DNA from: Bacillota bacterium
GTDB lineage: Bacteria; Bacillota; Limnochordia; DTU087
DNA length: 64,000 nt
Reading direction: 5' to 3'
NCBI GenBank assembly: GCA_012519025.1
Contig: JAAYQZ010000021.1
Span: 8,909 to 72,908 of the forward strand
Part shown: in pieces, positions 49,076 to 58,178 of the stretch
How the letters are laid out: the number at the start of each line of letters is the position of its first letter
Numbering within the stretch: position 1 is the stretch's first letter
Position numbers and translations under genes: made by a program
The notes under the pieces: model-generated
Databases searched by the model: none
Seen by the model: the letters and a program-made list of their open reading frames with translations, nothing else
What the model was told of the DNA's origin: nothing

Positions 49076-50005
49076 TTATGGAAAGAGATAGTGCATCAAC
49101 CCATCGATGTTGCGGTAATCGGGGATGATGATATCGGCGCCTGCAGCCGTTAACCGGCTTCGCTTCCATTCATTAATACCTTTCCGTTTGAGTTCCTCAG
49201 AGGCAACGCCCACAGCATAACCACCAACCGTTTTCACGTTTTCAATCTCCACATAACCGTCGCCAAACCCCAAAAGCTCTTCACCGGATAAACCATGGTC
49301 TTCAATAATCTTTTGAATGACCATTGCCTTGCTGAAATCTTCGTAGCTATCTAATGCTCCATAGATCCCGCCATCAAAAAATTCGCTTACCCCTAATATG
49401 TTCGCTTCATTGATGACGTAAGGCTCATCGGTGCCGCTTGCCAAATACAATGTAAGCCCTTTGGCTTTCAGTCCCTGCAGCAATTCCAGAGAACCCGGGA
49501 CCATCATTATCTCCTTATCGATTGAACCATTTTCCAACCCGTGTACTTTGTGTTCAATTTGCTCCCACAGACGGCGCAGGTATTCGTGCTTGTATTCCAG
49601 GGGAGCAAGAGGCTCTCCACCTCGCTTTTTTACTTCCTCAGCTAACTGGATTGTCTGATAGATTGTCTGTTTACCGGTGAGTAAGTCTACAAACTCTACA
49701 ACAACATGCTTAATCTTTGCTGAACTTTCGGCATGGGGAGTATCCCTGAGAACCTCTACAAAATAAGGATACATGATATCCTGCCATCCGGCTCGAATTA
49801 AACTGATCGTACCATCAAAATCAAATATAGCTGCCTTAAACTTACCCCGTTGTATGTCATCTTTAATTACCTGCAATATTGGACCCGGGCGGACCCATCC
49901 TTTGGGGGACAGACGCCGGTTCACCTCCTTTTTTTGTAAACCTAGATCCTCTTTTGCCCAAAACACCCATAAATCCTGCCAAAAGAAGCAAATTAGTTCA
50001 TTCAA
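49076..50005 (-). CDS. HAD-superfamily hydrolase
   Basis: FDFDGTI motif I (DxDGT); later motifs II and III present (LASGTDEP, GDG). True start probably an internal start near the FDFDGTI motif. Confidence 0.7.
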   Translation of the reverse strand: MNELICFFWQDLWVFWAKEDLGLQKKEVNRRLSPKGWVRPGPILQVIKDDIQRGKFKAAIFDFDGTISLIRAGWQDIMYPYFVEVLRDTPHAESSAKIKHVVVEFVDLLTGKQTIYQTIQLAEEVKKRGGEPLAPLEYKHEYLRRLWEQIEHKVHGLENGSIDKEIMMVPGSLELLQGLKAKGLTLYLASGTDEPYVINEANILGVSEFFDGGIYGALDSYEDFSKAMVIQKIIEDHGLSGEELLGFGDGYVEIENVKTVGGYAVGVASEELKRKGINEWKRSRLTAAGADIIIPDYRNIDGLMHYLFP

Positions 50006-50082
50006 TCAGCAGGGATGATAAACGGGTTAGCATAACAACATAATGCGGGGATAAAACTATCTAGTGCCCAGGAGGTCTTTTT

Positions 50083-51393
50083 GTGAACAAGCATATTTTT
50101 ACCAAACGCATCTTAACTCATGTTGCAAAAGCAATCCGTGGAAACGAAAGACCTTTCAATAAAGAAAGGCTTATTGAAGAAATAACTAGCGATTGTTTTT
50201 CCGATCAAGCAGAACGCGATTTATGGAGACCCGTAGTGGAGCAGCGCATTGATCTGCTTCTTGCGGAAGAAGGCGCCTTATTTTCCCACATAAAGGATGC
50301 ATGTCGGTTGTGTGACACTAAACACCGCCGGTGCGATCACGTGTGTCCCACCAACGCCATCACCCATACTGGAGAAGGGGTTGTTATCGACTGGGACAAA
50401 TGCATTGAATGCGGGCTTTGTGTCGACGGATGCATTGCCGGTGCGATAGTTGCCCGCTCGGATTTTGCGCGAGTTGCCTATCTGCTGATGCAAAGCGATG
50501 AACAGCCGGTCTACGCTATACTGGCCCCGGCATTCGTTGGGCAGTTCGGCGAAGATATTAGTCCCGATAAACTAAAAGGTGCTTTGCTGCAGTTGGGTTT
50601 CAAAGGCGTTCACGAAGTAGCTATGACTGCGGATATCATTACTTCCTTAGAAGCCGAGGAATTGGTAGACCGATTTCAAAAAGGCGAGGAATTCATGATA
50701 ACATCCTGCTGTTGCCCGGCCTTTATGCGGCTTGTCGAAAAGACGAAACCGGCTTTAGTAGAACTGGTTTCCCACTCCGTTTCGCCGATGATTGCCTTGG
50801 GGCGCCTGCTCAAGGCACAGTCAGAGTGTAAAGTGGTTTTTCTTGGCCCTTGTGTTGCCAAAAAAGCTGAAGCCCGCAGACCAGAATTAAGCGATGCGGT
50901 TGACTCCGTGCTTACATTTCGTGAAGTAGAGGCTCTTTTCGAAGCAGCAGGTGTAGATCTAGTCTCCACCGGCAGTCAAACCGAAATAGAGGACGCTTCC
51001 CACGATGGACGCATATACGCCCGAACCGCGGGAGTCACCGAGGCTATTACCAGAGCCGTCAACAGAATCAATCCTGATCTAGAAATCACCGCAGTACATG
51101 GAGACGGCATCCGGGAATGCATGACTTTGCTAAAATTAGTTGAGCAAGGCAAACTTGCAGCAAATTTTATGGAGGGCATGGCTTGCAGAGGCGGTTGTGT
51201 CGGAGGACCGGGCAATATTATACCAGCAGACATAGGACGGGAAAATGTCAATGAATTTGCTAAGACCGCTTCCGCCCCAGCAGCTCAAGATAACCGAAAA
51301 GCGGAAGAATGGCTTCAGAAATATGGACCAAAAGTAGACTTTACTACCGGACGGAAGACAGGCAGTGTGCCGGTTGAACAACTGCGTTCGTAA
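50083..51393 (+). CDS. [FeFe]-hydrogenase-like protein (two ferredoxin-type Cys motifs plus H-cluster domain), stand-alone
   Basis: 436 aa; CDHVCP and CIECGLCVDGC Fe-S motifs; H-cluster signature motifs L1 TSCCCPAF (TSCCP), L2 GPCVAKKAE (PCxxKxxE), L3 EGMACRGGCVGGPG (ExMACxxGCxxG); shorter than catalytic HydA. Confidence 0.75.
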   Translation: MNKHIFTKRILTHVAKAIRGNERPFNKERLIEEITSDCFSDQAERDLWRPVVEQRIDLLLAEEGALFSHIKDACRLCDTKHRRCDHVCPTNAITHTGEGVVIDWDKCIECGLCVDGCIAGAIVARSDFARVAYLLMQSDEQPVYAILAPAFVGQFGEDISPDKLKGALLQLGFKGVHEVAMTADIITSLEAEELVDRFQKGEEFMITSCCCPAFMRLVEKTKPALVELVSHSVSPMIALGRLLKAQSECKVVFLGPCVAKKAEARRPELSDAVDSVLTFREVEALFEAAGVDLVSTGSQTEIEDASHDGRIYARTAGVTEAITRAVNRINPDLEITAVHGDGIRECMTLLKLVEQGKLAANFMEGMACRGGCVGGPGNIIPADIGRENVNEFAKTASAPAAQDNRKAEEWLQKYGPKVDFTTGRKTGSVPVEQLRS

Positions 51394-51479
51394 CCGAGAC
51401 ATGAAACAGCGCTCTGCAATGTCCAACAACAGATGAATGCAAAGCGCTGTAATACCTTTCTTCCCGTGATTGACTCAGG

Positions 51480-52346
51480 CTAGATAACTATCCCTGAAAA
51501 CTTCTTAAATGCCTCCATGCTGGTTTTTATCGATTCTATCTCATCAAGCTGGGTATGGTCTTGCTCAAGGATAATGTACTCAACATGGGGTGCCTTGAGA
51601 CCGGCATTGATTATGTCTTGGATTGGCAGTGTGCCTGTCCCTATTTCTGTAAATGTCAAGGGATCGACGACATTTACAAAGGCCTCCATGCCGATTTCCT
51701 GGTTGGGATCCACCAAATTGTCAAATACAACCAAAGGCTGTGGGGCGTCGGCCGGGAAATCCTTTTGATGCAAAAGCACCAAACGGTCTTTGTACTTTTC
51801 AATCAATTCCACTGGATCTTCTCCCGCGCGCATGGCCCAGTAAGTATCTAACTCTAAAAAGACCAATTCCGGGTCTGTGTTCTCCATCATATGATCTAAA
51901 ACAGTTTTGTCACCAAATACTTGGAATTCCTGATAGTGATTATGGTAATAGAACCGCATGCCCCGCTCTTTACACAAAGCGCCCAGCTGATTATATGTCT
52001 CACAAGTGCGCTTTATGGAGTCGACATCATTGTACGGGAAAAACGCAATACCAACTCCAATTTGTTTGTTACCAAGAACTTCATGGTAATCTAGAACTTC
52101 CGCAAGACGCTCCGGCTCCAATGGGTGGACGTGGCTGCCAACAATGGACATACCGAGGTCGTCAAGGCTTTTTTTCATAGTCTCGGCAGGCACACCAAAA
52201 CCCACACCAGGATCGGTCGTCGAATCGTGGTTTGCCGCCTCAACAAACTTGTAACCGGCTTCTGCTACTTTTGCCAATGTTCCATAGGGATCCTTCATCA
52301 AAGATTGCCTGACTGAGTAAAGTTGAATACCAACCTTAAGTGCCAA
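51480..52346 (-). CDS. sugar phosphate isomerase/epimerase (xylose-isomerase-like TIM barrel)
   Basis: 288 aa; AP_endonuc_2-type TIM barrel with conserved metal-binding His/Glu/Asp pattern (GSHVHPLE...ELD...HQKD). Confidence 0.75.
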   Translation of the reverse strand: MALKVGIQLYSVRQSLMKDPYGTLAKVAEAGYKFVEAANHDSTTDPGVGFGVPAETMKKSLDDLGMSIVGSHVHPLEPERLAEVLDYHEVLGNKQIGVGIAFFPYNDVDSIKRTCETYNQLGALCKERGMRFYYHNHYQEFQVFGDKTVLDHMMENTDPELVFLELDTYWAMRAGEDPVELIEKYKDRLVLLHQKDFPADAPQPLVVFDNLVDPNQEIGMEAFVNVVDPLTFTEIGTGTLPIQDIINAGLKAPHVEYIILEQDHTQLDEIESIKTSMEAFKKFSGIVI

Positions 52347-52361
52347 TTAACACCCCCTCTT

Positions 52362-53843
52362 TCATTGTGTTTGATCTGCTTCCATTTCCAGCTGTGCCTT
52401 CAAATCATCGATAAACTGCCGTGCCGTACGGCCGGATCGCTCATTATGCCACAAAGTCCATTGTAAGGCTCGCTCCCTTAGTTCGTTTGGATCTATAGAA
52501 AGCCTTTCAACAGCCGCCAGGTGTTCTACGATATCCAAATAGGTTTTTTGATCCGGCGAAGGGTAAATCACCGTTAACCCGAATCGATCGGAGAGTGACA
52601 GCTTCTCCTGGACGGTGTCTTGTTCACGCAGTTCCCTGGAATTCATATCGTTGAAGCTTTCTTTTATCAAATGCCTGCGATTGGAAGTGGCGTAAATACG
52701 TACATTATCCGGCTGCTTTACCACACTGCCTTCCAAAATCGATTTCAAAGCCTTGAACTCTGTCTCATCTTCTTCAAAAGATAGATCATCGATAAATACA
52801 ATGAATTTCAGAGGGCTTCGCTCAAGATACTTAACTAGTTCACTTAAACCCCTTAGGCTGTCTCTGTTTACTTCAACCAACCGCAGTCCCTGCCCAACAA
52901 ATTCATGTATCAGGGCTTTGACAGTGGAAGATTTACCCGTACCCCGATCCCCGTAAAGCAAGATATTGTGTGCCGGTAGGCCCCGAATAAATCGGAGCGT
53001 ATTATGTACAACTTTTTCCACCTGTTCATCATATCCGCTGAGTTCATGCAGTCGAATGGGATCGATCATACTTACTCCAACAGGGGTGCGTTCTTCATCA
53101 CCCGACCAGATAAAAGCTGGGTATTTGGCGAACTGTCCCATCCCAAATTGTGTATAGTAGTTGATAAGAGGCCTAGCTAATACATCCCAACTGCGAGTCG
53201 CAAAGAAACTTTGCTTTAATTCATCTGCAGCTTCGCGCAAGGCCATTTCGGCCAAAGGCACTTGTATATCAAAACCCTGTGGCTTTGCTTGGCTTGCATG
53301 CTTCCCAGCTCCACCGTGTAGGGCATGTAAGATGCCCGGTTCAGGCATCAGTCTGCTGCCCAAAATATTTTTCAACTCTGCAGCAGCATCTCCCTCAAAG
53401 AGCCAAAACAATTCCGATAGTAAGCCGAGATCGCGCTTGAAAATATCCAAATGCCACAAACCGGAACTCTCGACATCTTCCTGGTTTGTCTGAACCAAAA
53501 TCTCCAGCATCGGGTGCTCCAAGGCCAACACGACATCCAAAACATGCCCTTGCCATAGACTCCCACCCTGTCCGGGACTTAAAATCGCCTCAGACTCCAG
53601 CAGAGCCCCGAGGAAATCGTAATAGGCTGCGGCGACAGTCCCTCGCCTGTGGGAAGATCCCTGACCCATTTTTACACTTAGCTTATTTTCAGCATTTTCC
53701 TCCCGGAAGTCGAATTCTTTATTGTCCTCTAGACAGATTAAAAGGCGGCGCAATAGATGCAAAACCGGGTCCTGCCAAATCTTTCGATATATAAGTAAGC
53801 CGTGCATAAGTGATTTCAGTGTGCCCTGCTGTGTTTTTTGCAT
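52362..53843 (-). CDS. DUF815/COG2607-family AAA+ ATP-binding protein
   Basis: 493 aa; Walker A LLYGDRGTGKSS; Walker B FIVFIDDLSFEE; about 250-aa N-terminal domain of unknown function. Confidence 0.75.
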   Translation of the reverse strand: MQKTQQGTLKSLMHGLLIYRKIWQDPVLHLLRRLLICLEDNKEFDFREENAENKLSVKMGQGSSHRRGTVAAAYYDFLGALLESEAILSPGQGGSLWQGHVLDVVLALEHPMLEILVQTNQEDVESSGLWHLDIFKRDLGLLSELFWLFEGDAAAELKNILGSRLMPEPGILHALHGGAGKHASQAKPQGFDIQVPLAEMALREAADELKQSFFATRSWDVLARPLINYYTQFGMGQFAKYPAFIWSGDEERTPVGVSMIDPIRLHELSGYDEQVEKVVHNTLRFIRGLPAHNILLYGDRGTGKSSTVKALIHEFVGQGLRLVEVNRDSLRGLSELVKYLERSPLKFIVFIDDLSFEEDETEFKALKSILEGSVVKQPDNVRIYATSNRRHLIKESFNDMNSRELREQDTVQEKLSLSDRFGLTVIYPSPDQKTYLDIVEHLAAVERLSIDPNELRERALQWTLWHNERSGRTARQFIDDLKAQLEMEADQTQ

Positions 53844-53953
53844 ATTCTAGCCCCCGCTTCCCATATCCCGATCTTTAGTCAAACAGACTGCATTGGCAAA
53901 AAAGGTATGAAAAAGGTGTCGTTTCTCTGTTCATCGAGACACAACACCTTCAC

Positions 53954-54029
53954 TGGCGCCCCCGGCAGGAATCGAACCTGCGACTAACAGTTTAGGAAAC
54001 TGCTGCTCTATCCCCTGAGCTACGGGGGC
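53954..54029 (-). tRNA. tRNA-Arg (anticodon CCT)
   Basis: Minus strand reads GCCCCCGTAGCTCAGGGGATAGAGCAGCAGTTTCCTAAACTGTTAGTCGCAGGTTCGATTCCTGCCGGGGGCGCCA. 76 nt with 7-bp acceptor stem, D and T arms (TTCGATT), anticodon loop TT-CCT-AA, encoded CCA. Confidence 0.9.
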
Positions 54030-54115
54030 AGTTGTTCGTTTATGTGTCTTTTATTTTACCCTAACTAGAAATCTAAGTCAATGCAAGCCTCGCCATAAAA
54101 ATGTTTTTCACATAG

Positions 54116-54147
54116 TTATCCACAGGTTATCCACAAAGTGTGGATAG
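54116..54147. promoter_or_regulatory. cluster of three DnaA boxes (two perfect TTATCCACA, one CTATCCACA inverted)
   Basis: agTTATCCACAggTTATCCACAaagTGTGGATAGaa. Boxes 2 and 3 form a perfect 8-3-8 palindrome. Confidence 0.55.
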
Positions 54148-54266
54148 AACAAACCTTTGTTTCGGGAACCGCCGTTTGGGGCGCTTATCTGTTTGTGGGT
54201 AAAAGGACTTTGCCCTGCATAGGGTGGAATAGCCCCAAATATTCACACTTGAGGAGGTGTTGGTCT

Positions 54267-54878
54267 GTGCACCAGCCAATAGGGAAATTGAAGGAAACTA
54301 AGGTAGCGGCCCTTTTTTTGGATCGGGACGGTACGATCATAACTGAGGTAAACTACTTACACCATCCGAATCAAATTCAATTAATTCCTGAAGCAATCCC
54401 CGCTCTTCAAAAACTACAAAGACATTTCAAACTGATCTTGATCACAAACCAGGCCGGGGTTGCAAAAGGTTATCTAAACGAGCAGATGCTTAGACACATT
54501 CACGGCTGTTTAGAACATAAACTGTGGATTCACCGCATTCGGCTTGCCGGAATCTATTATTGCCCTCATCACCCACAAGCAGTAATCCCATTTTACCGAA
54601 AGGTTTGCCCACGCCGGAAACCGGCACCGGGTATGCTCTTAGCGGCGGCTGTTCAATTGGGGTTGGACCTTGGCAGTTCCTATACCATAGGGGATAAGCT
54701 TTCCGACATAGAGGCCGGACAGCGTGCGGGTACCAAAACTGTGCTTGTCCGCACAGGCTATGGCAAAAAGCACGAAATGTTGATTTTACCTGGAAGCAGC
54801 CACCCAGAGTTCGTTGGGGAGCATCTTGAAGAGGCCGCTGATTGGATCCTGGAAAACACAAAACCCGAAATCCTTTAG
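54267..54878 (+). CDS. gmhB: D-glycero-D-manno-heptose 1,7-bisphosphate phosphatase (HAD-IIIA, GmhB-like)
   Basis: FLDRDGTI motif I; ILITNQAGVAKGY motif II; Zn-binding C-x-H-x(n)-C (YYCPHHP...C). The track ORF starts at 54138 but homology begins near GTG 54267. Confidence 0.65.
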   Translation: MHQPIGKLKETKVAALFLDRDGTIITEVNYLHHPNQIQLIPEAIPALQKLQRHFKLILITNQAGVAKGYLNEQMLRHIHGCLEHKLWIHRIRLAGIYYCPHHPQAVIPFYRKVCPRRKPAPGMLLAAAVQLGLDLGSSYTIGDKLSDIEAGQRAGTKTVLVRTGYGKKHEMLILPGSSHPEFVGEHLEEAADWILENTKPEIL

Positions 54879-55921
54879 CTTATTTTATATTCGCTGCGGA
54901 AAGCCTGAAGCAAAGCATTCTCCATGGGATGTCTTTTGCCCAGCTCATGTAGCTTTTCGATGAATTTACTGGTAGACCACCCGCGGCTTTTACCTTCCCT
55001 TTTAACGTAATAGCGCAAGATTAGGTGAATTATTTTGTGTGGGTAACACAAAAAACCGTATAAAACGGCCAGCTCGTCGGCTTTAAGCGGGGTGATCTTA
55101 GAATACCCTTGTAAAATAAGTTGTGCTGCGGTAAAGTCCCATCTGCGTTTTTTCGTGACATCCCTAAAAAGTTTGTATAAATCGGCGGCCTTTGTATCCC
55201 GTCTAACGAGATCTAAGTCTATGATGTAATATCCGCCTTGGTCGCCGACGATAAAGTTGCGCTGGGCTACATCTCCATGGCAAAAACTATTGTTTCTGCG
55301 GGCTGTTTTCACTAAATCATCGTACTGCGGCGTGGTGAAAATCTGCAACCCCTGCTCTGCTCGATCAAGAATCCATGGGTAGTACTGCAAAAATGCTCGA
55401 TCAAAATTGTCTAAGAACAGTTTATGGTTCAGCTCCTCTCGCAGCCTCACAACTTCTCTCAGGCGAGAAATCAGCCGGGTGGGCCAGCGACTAAGCCGAC
55501 TGCGCAGCTTACCTCCCGGCGGTGGCACGTACCCACAAGATGCGTTGTGAAATAAAGCAAGGGTCGCGGCGGCTCCCACTATATCCGCATCGAATTTGCG
55601 AAAATCAGGGCTGCGTCCCTGCACCCAGTCAGTCAAAATGTAATGCACGCCTGGGCGGATTTGGGACAGTAGCCGGCCCGCGTTATTGTGGTGAGGTTTT
55701 GCCGTTAAGGTAAATTTTTCAGCAACCAAGTGTTCCAAAACTCCCTCTAAAGCCAGCGCACGGCGGGTCTTTTTATCAACTTGTTTTAAACAGTAGATCC
55801 CCTCCTCTGCATCTACTTTGTACACATCTTTATAGGGACTTATCCCTTTGGGTGTTATGGGCCATTCACCCAAGGCCTGCAACAAGTCCGTCTTGTCACG
55901 CATGCAATTCACCCTTCCCAC
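54875..55921 (-). CDS. CotS-family spore-coat protein / kinase-like phosphotransferase
   Basis: 348 aa; APH-fold catalytic loop CHGDVAQRNFIV (HGDxxxxN) and IIDLD Mg site; family typical of CotS/YtaA spore-coat proteins. Confidence 0.75.
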   Translation of the reverse strand: MGRVNCMRDKTDLLQALGEWPITPKGISPYKDVYKVDAEEGIYCLKQVDKKTRRALALEGVLEHLVAEKFTLTAKPHHNNAGRLLSQIRPGVHYILTDWVQGRSPDFRKFDADIVGAAATLALFHNASCGYVPPPGGKLRSRLSRWPTRLISRLREVVRLREELNHKLFLDNFDRAFLQYYPWILDRAEQGLQIFTTPQYDDLVKTARRNNSFCHGDVAQRNFIVGDQGGYYIIDLDLVRRDTKAADLYKLFRDVTKKRRWDFTAAQLILQGYSKITPLKADELAVLYGFLCYPHKIIHLILRYYVKREGKSRGWSTSKFIEKLHELGKRHPMENALLQAFRSEYKIS

Positions 55922-56074
55922 CCCACTACCAACATCCTATGCACATCCGCCCTTATCGGTGTTCAAGTGATACATAACGTGAAAACCAGAATGAATTCCT
56001 AGTTCGTTCACAGCTGTTGTCTCATAGGATTATTATAGCTCTTACACCAGCAACCGGCACCGCTTGTCAGTGCA

Positions 56075-56314
56075 ATGGAGGTGGAAAAAGTGCCTAATGA
56101 GAGTGAACATTTCGCCAGGCTTACTCCCCGTGAAAAAGAGGTCCTACAGCTCATAGCCAAGGGATTGGCTAATGATGAGATTGCCAAGACCTTGTTTATC
56201 AGTAAGCATACAGTAAAAAACCATATAACCAGCATCTACAGGAAAATGGGTTCCCGCAACCGCACCAAAGTTGCCCTGCGGGCCATTCGCTACGGCCTTA
56301 TTAGTGTTGACTAA
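56075..56314 (+). CDS. LuxR/GerE-type HTH transcription regulator
   Basis: 79 aa; LTPREKEVLQLIAKGLANDEIAKTLFISKHTVKNHITSIYRKMG aligns with B. subtilis GerE (LTKREREVFELLVQDKTTKEIASELFISEKTVRNHISNAMQKLG). Confidence 0.8.
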   Translation: MEVEKVPNESEHFARLTPREKEVLQLIAKGLANDEIAKTLFISKHTVKNHITSIYRKMGSRNRTKVALRAIRYGLISVD

Positions 56315-56722
56315 ACAGCATAAAACAGAGGGATGTATGCACTGATATTATACATCTTTGTCGCCCAATTTGTTGTGAATCGGTTTTCCGATTTGGAAAA
56401 GGGAGACAGCCCCCGGGCGAGTTGGTTTCATCAGTCAACATTAACCCGCTGGGGACTATCTCCTGAAAAGGGAGGGATGTGGGATGAGCTTGCATTCATG
56501 GAGAACTTATCTGGTGATTTTCCTTTCCTGCAAGGCTAATATATGTTTATGTACGTTCGACCTTAGAAGCCATGGGAGGCAGCTCCTATTTTATTGTCAA
56601 GGTCATACAGGCTTGTCCCCCATTTTTACTTTCTGAACAGGTGCGGGGTTTCCAAAGGGCAATTCCTAAAACCGGTATGTTCACCGGTTGCAACCTTCAT
56701 ATAGACTCCTCCATCAGCTCGG

Positions 56723-58144
56723 TCAAGCAATATAGGATGAAGAAGCAACCCACTCCAACCCTTCCTTCATGAGTTCATCTACAATGAGCGCTGTTTCCCC
56801 TTCAGCGTAGACTCTCAAAAGAGGCTCCGTGCCCGAAAAACGAAACAGAATCCAGCCTATCTCTAGACTCAGCTTCAAACCATCCAAATCTGCCGCTTGC
56901 AGAACTTTATGTCTTCCCAAACAAGGGGGAGCGGCCGCAGCAGTTAACACTCTATTGCTGTATCCCGGGCCTGAAAGAGGTAGATCGCTCCTCCGGTAGA
57001 CGCTTTTACCATATAGGCCTTCCGATTCTGTATGCAGCTCACTTAGGGTATTGTTGCTTTGCTGAACATATTCCACCAGCAGCAGGCCGGCCAGTACCGA
57101 ATCCCGATCCGGCAGATGCCGCGCAAATCCAAAGCCCCCGCTTTCCTCACCGCCTAACAGCACTCTTTCTCGCCTAAACCAGGGTACAATATGTTTGAAG
57201 CCGATGGGGGTTTCCCGAACTTTAAGCCCAAACCCCGCGGCAGCCTTGCCCACCAAGGGGCTCACAGAAAAAGTTTTAACAATGCTTCCTTCTTCCTTAC
57301 GATTCCGGTAAAGGTGTGTAAGCAAAAACATGAAAACACGATGTGGATCAACAAACTGCCCCTTTTCATCTACTACACCCAAACGATCTCCATCACCATC
57401 GACAGCCAGTCCCAAGTCTGCCTTGTGTTGTTTGACTGCTGCTTTGAGAACCTGTAAATTATCATCAACAGGTTCAGGGGTTGTACCGCCGAAACCAGGT
57501 TTGCTCTTTTCTCTAACACGAACCACTTTTGCACCTGTTCCCTCCAGCAATCGATCAAGATAACCGGCGCCGGCGCCGTGCATTGCATCAAACACCACTG
57601 TCATGTCCTCAAAAGAAGGACATAAGTTAGTTGGCTTTTCCCTAAACCGTTTGTGAACGGCAGCAAAGTACGGCTCATCGAAGTCCAATTCTCGTATAGC
57701 AGCAGGAAACGTACCTTTAACTGTTGTTTTTGAGCTCTCAAGCAAACAACCCCGGATTTTTGATATCATGTTCCCATCCACGGGACCACCTGATGCAGTT
57801 TTAAATTTAATACCATTATATTGAGGTGGGTTGTGGCTGGCGGTAACCATCAGCCCAATGCCGGCGTGATGCTGCAAAGCGGCGAAAGAGAGGACCGGCG
57901 TAATTACCGGCTTGCAGCTGAGTAAAACAGGGACACCTCCTGAACTAATCATACACGCCAAATCTTCAGCAGACTTGCGGGAATTAAGTCGAGTATCATA
58001 CCCAATAACAACCGGCGGTAGAAGCCCTTTATGGGTGTTATGAAGATACTTGATAACGGCTTGCCCAATCAGTTGAACATTGGCTGTTGTAAAGTTTTCC
58101 CCGATGATACCCCGCCAGCCTTCTGTACCGAAAGTGATGTCCAA
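56723..58144 (-). CDS. alpha-D-phosphohexomutase (phosphoglucomutase/phosphomannomutase)
   Basis: 473 aa; FGTEGWRG start; active-site phosphoserine loop TASHNPPQYNG; Mg loop DGDGDR. Confidence 0.9.
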   Translation of the reverse strand: MDITFGTEGWRGIIGENFTTANVQLIGQAVIKYLHNTHKGLLPPVVIGYDTRLNSRKSAEDLACMISSGGVPVLLSCKPVITPVLSFAALQHHAGIGLMVTASHNPPQYNGIKFKTASGGPVDGNMISKIRGCLLESSKTTVKGTFPAAIRELDFDEPYFAAVHKRFREKPTNLCPSFEDMTVVFDAMHGAGAGYLDRLLEGTGAKVVRVREKSKPGFGGTTPEPVDDNLQVLKAAVKQHKADLGLAVDGDGDRLGVVDEKGQFVDPHRVFMFLLTHLYRNRKEEGSIVKTFSVSPLVGKAAAGFGLKVRETPIGFKHIVPWFRRERVLLGGEESGGFGFARHLPDRDSVLAGLLLVEYVQQSNNTLSELHTESEGLYGKSVYRRSDLPLSGPGYSNRVLTAAAAPPCLGRHKVLQAADLDGLKLSLEIGWILFRFSGTEPLLRVYAEGETALIVDELMKEGLEWVASSSYIA

Positions 58145-58178
58145 ATCGGCACCCCCTGTCTTGCCGTTTTGTACATGA

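Noticed and set aside
52362-54270. Possible integrative element at tRNA-Arg (tRNA 3' end is a classic integration site; DUF815 ATPase adjacent)
   Set aside because: No integrase, recombinase, direct repeat of the tRNA 3' end, or phage/plasmid genes on either side. DUF815 ATPases are widespread chromosomal genes. Flanking genes look like normal metabolism.
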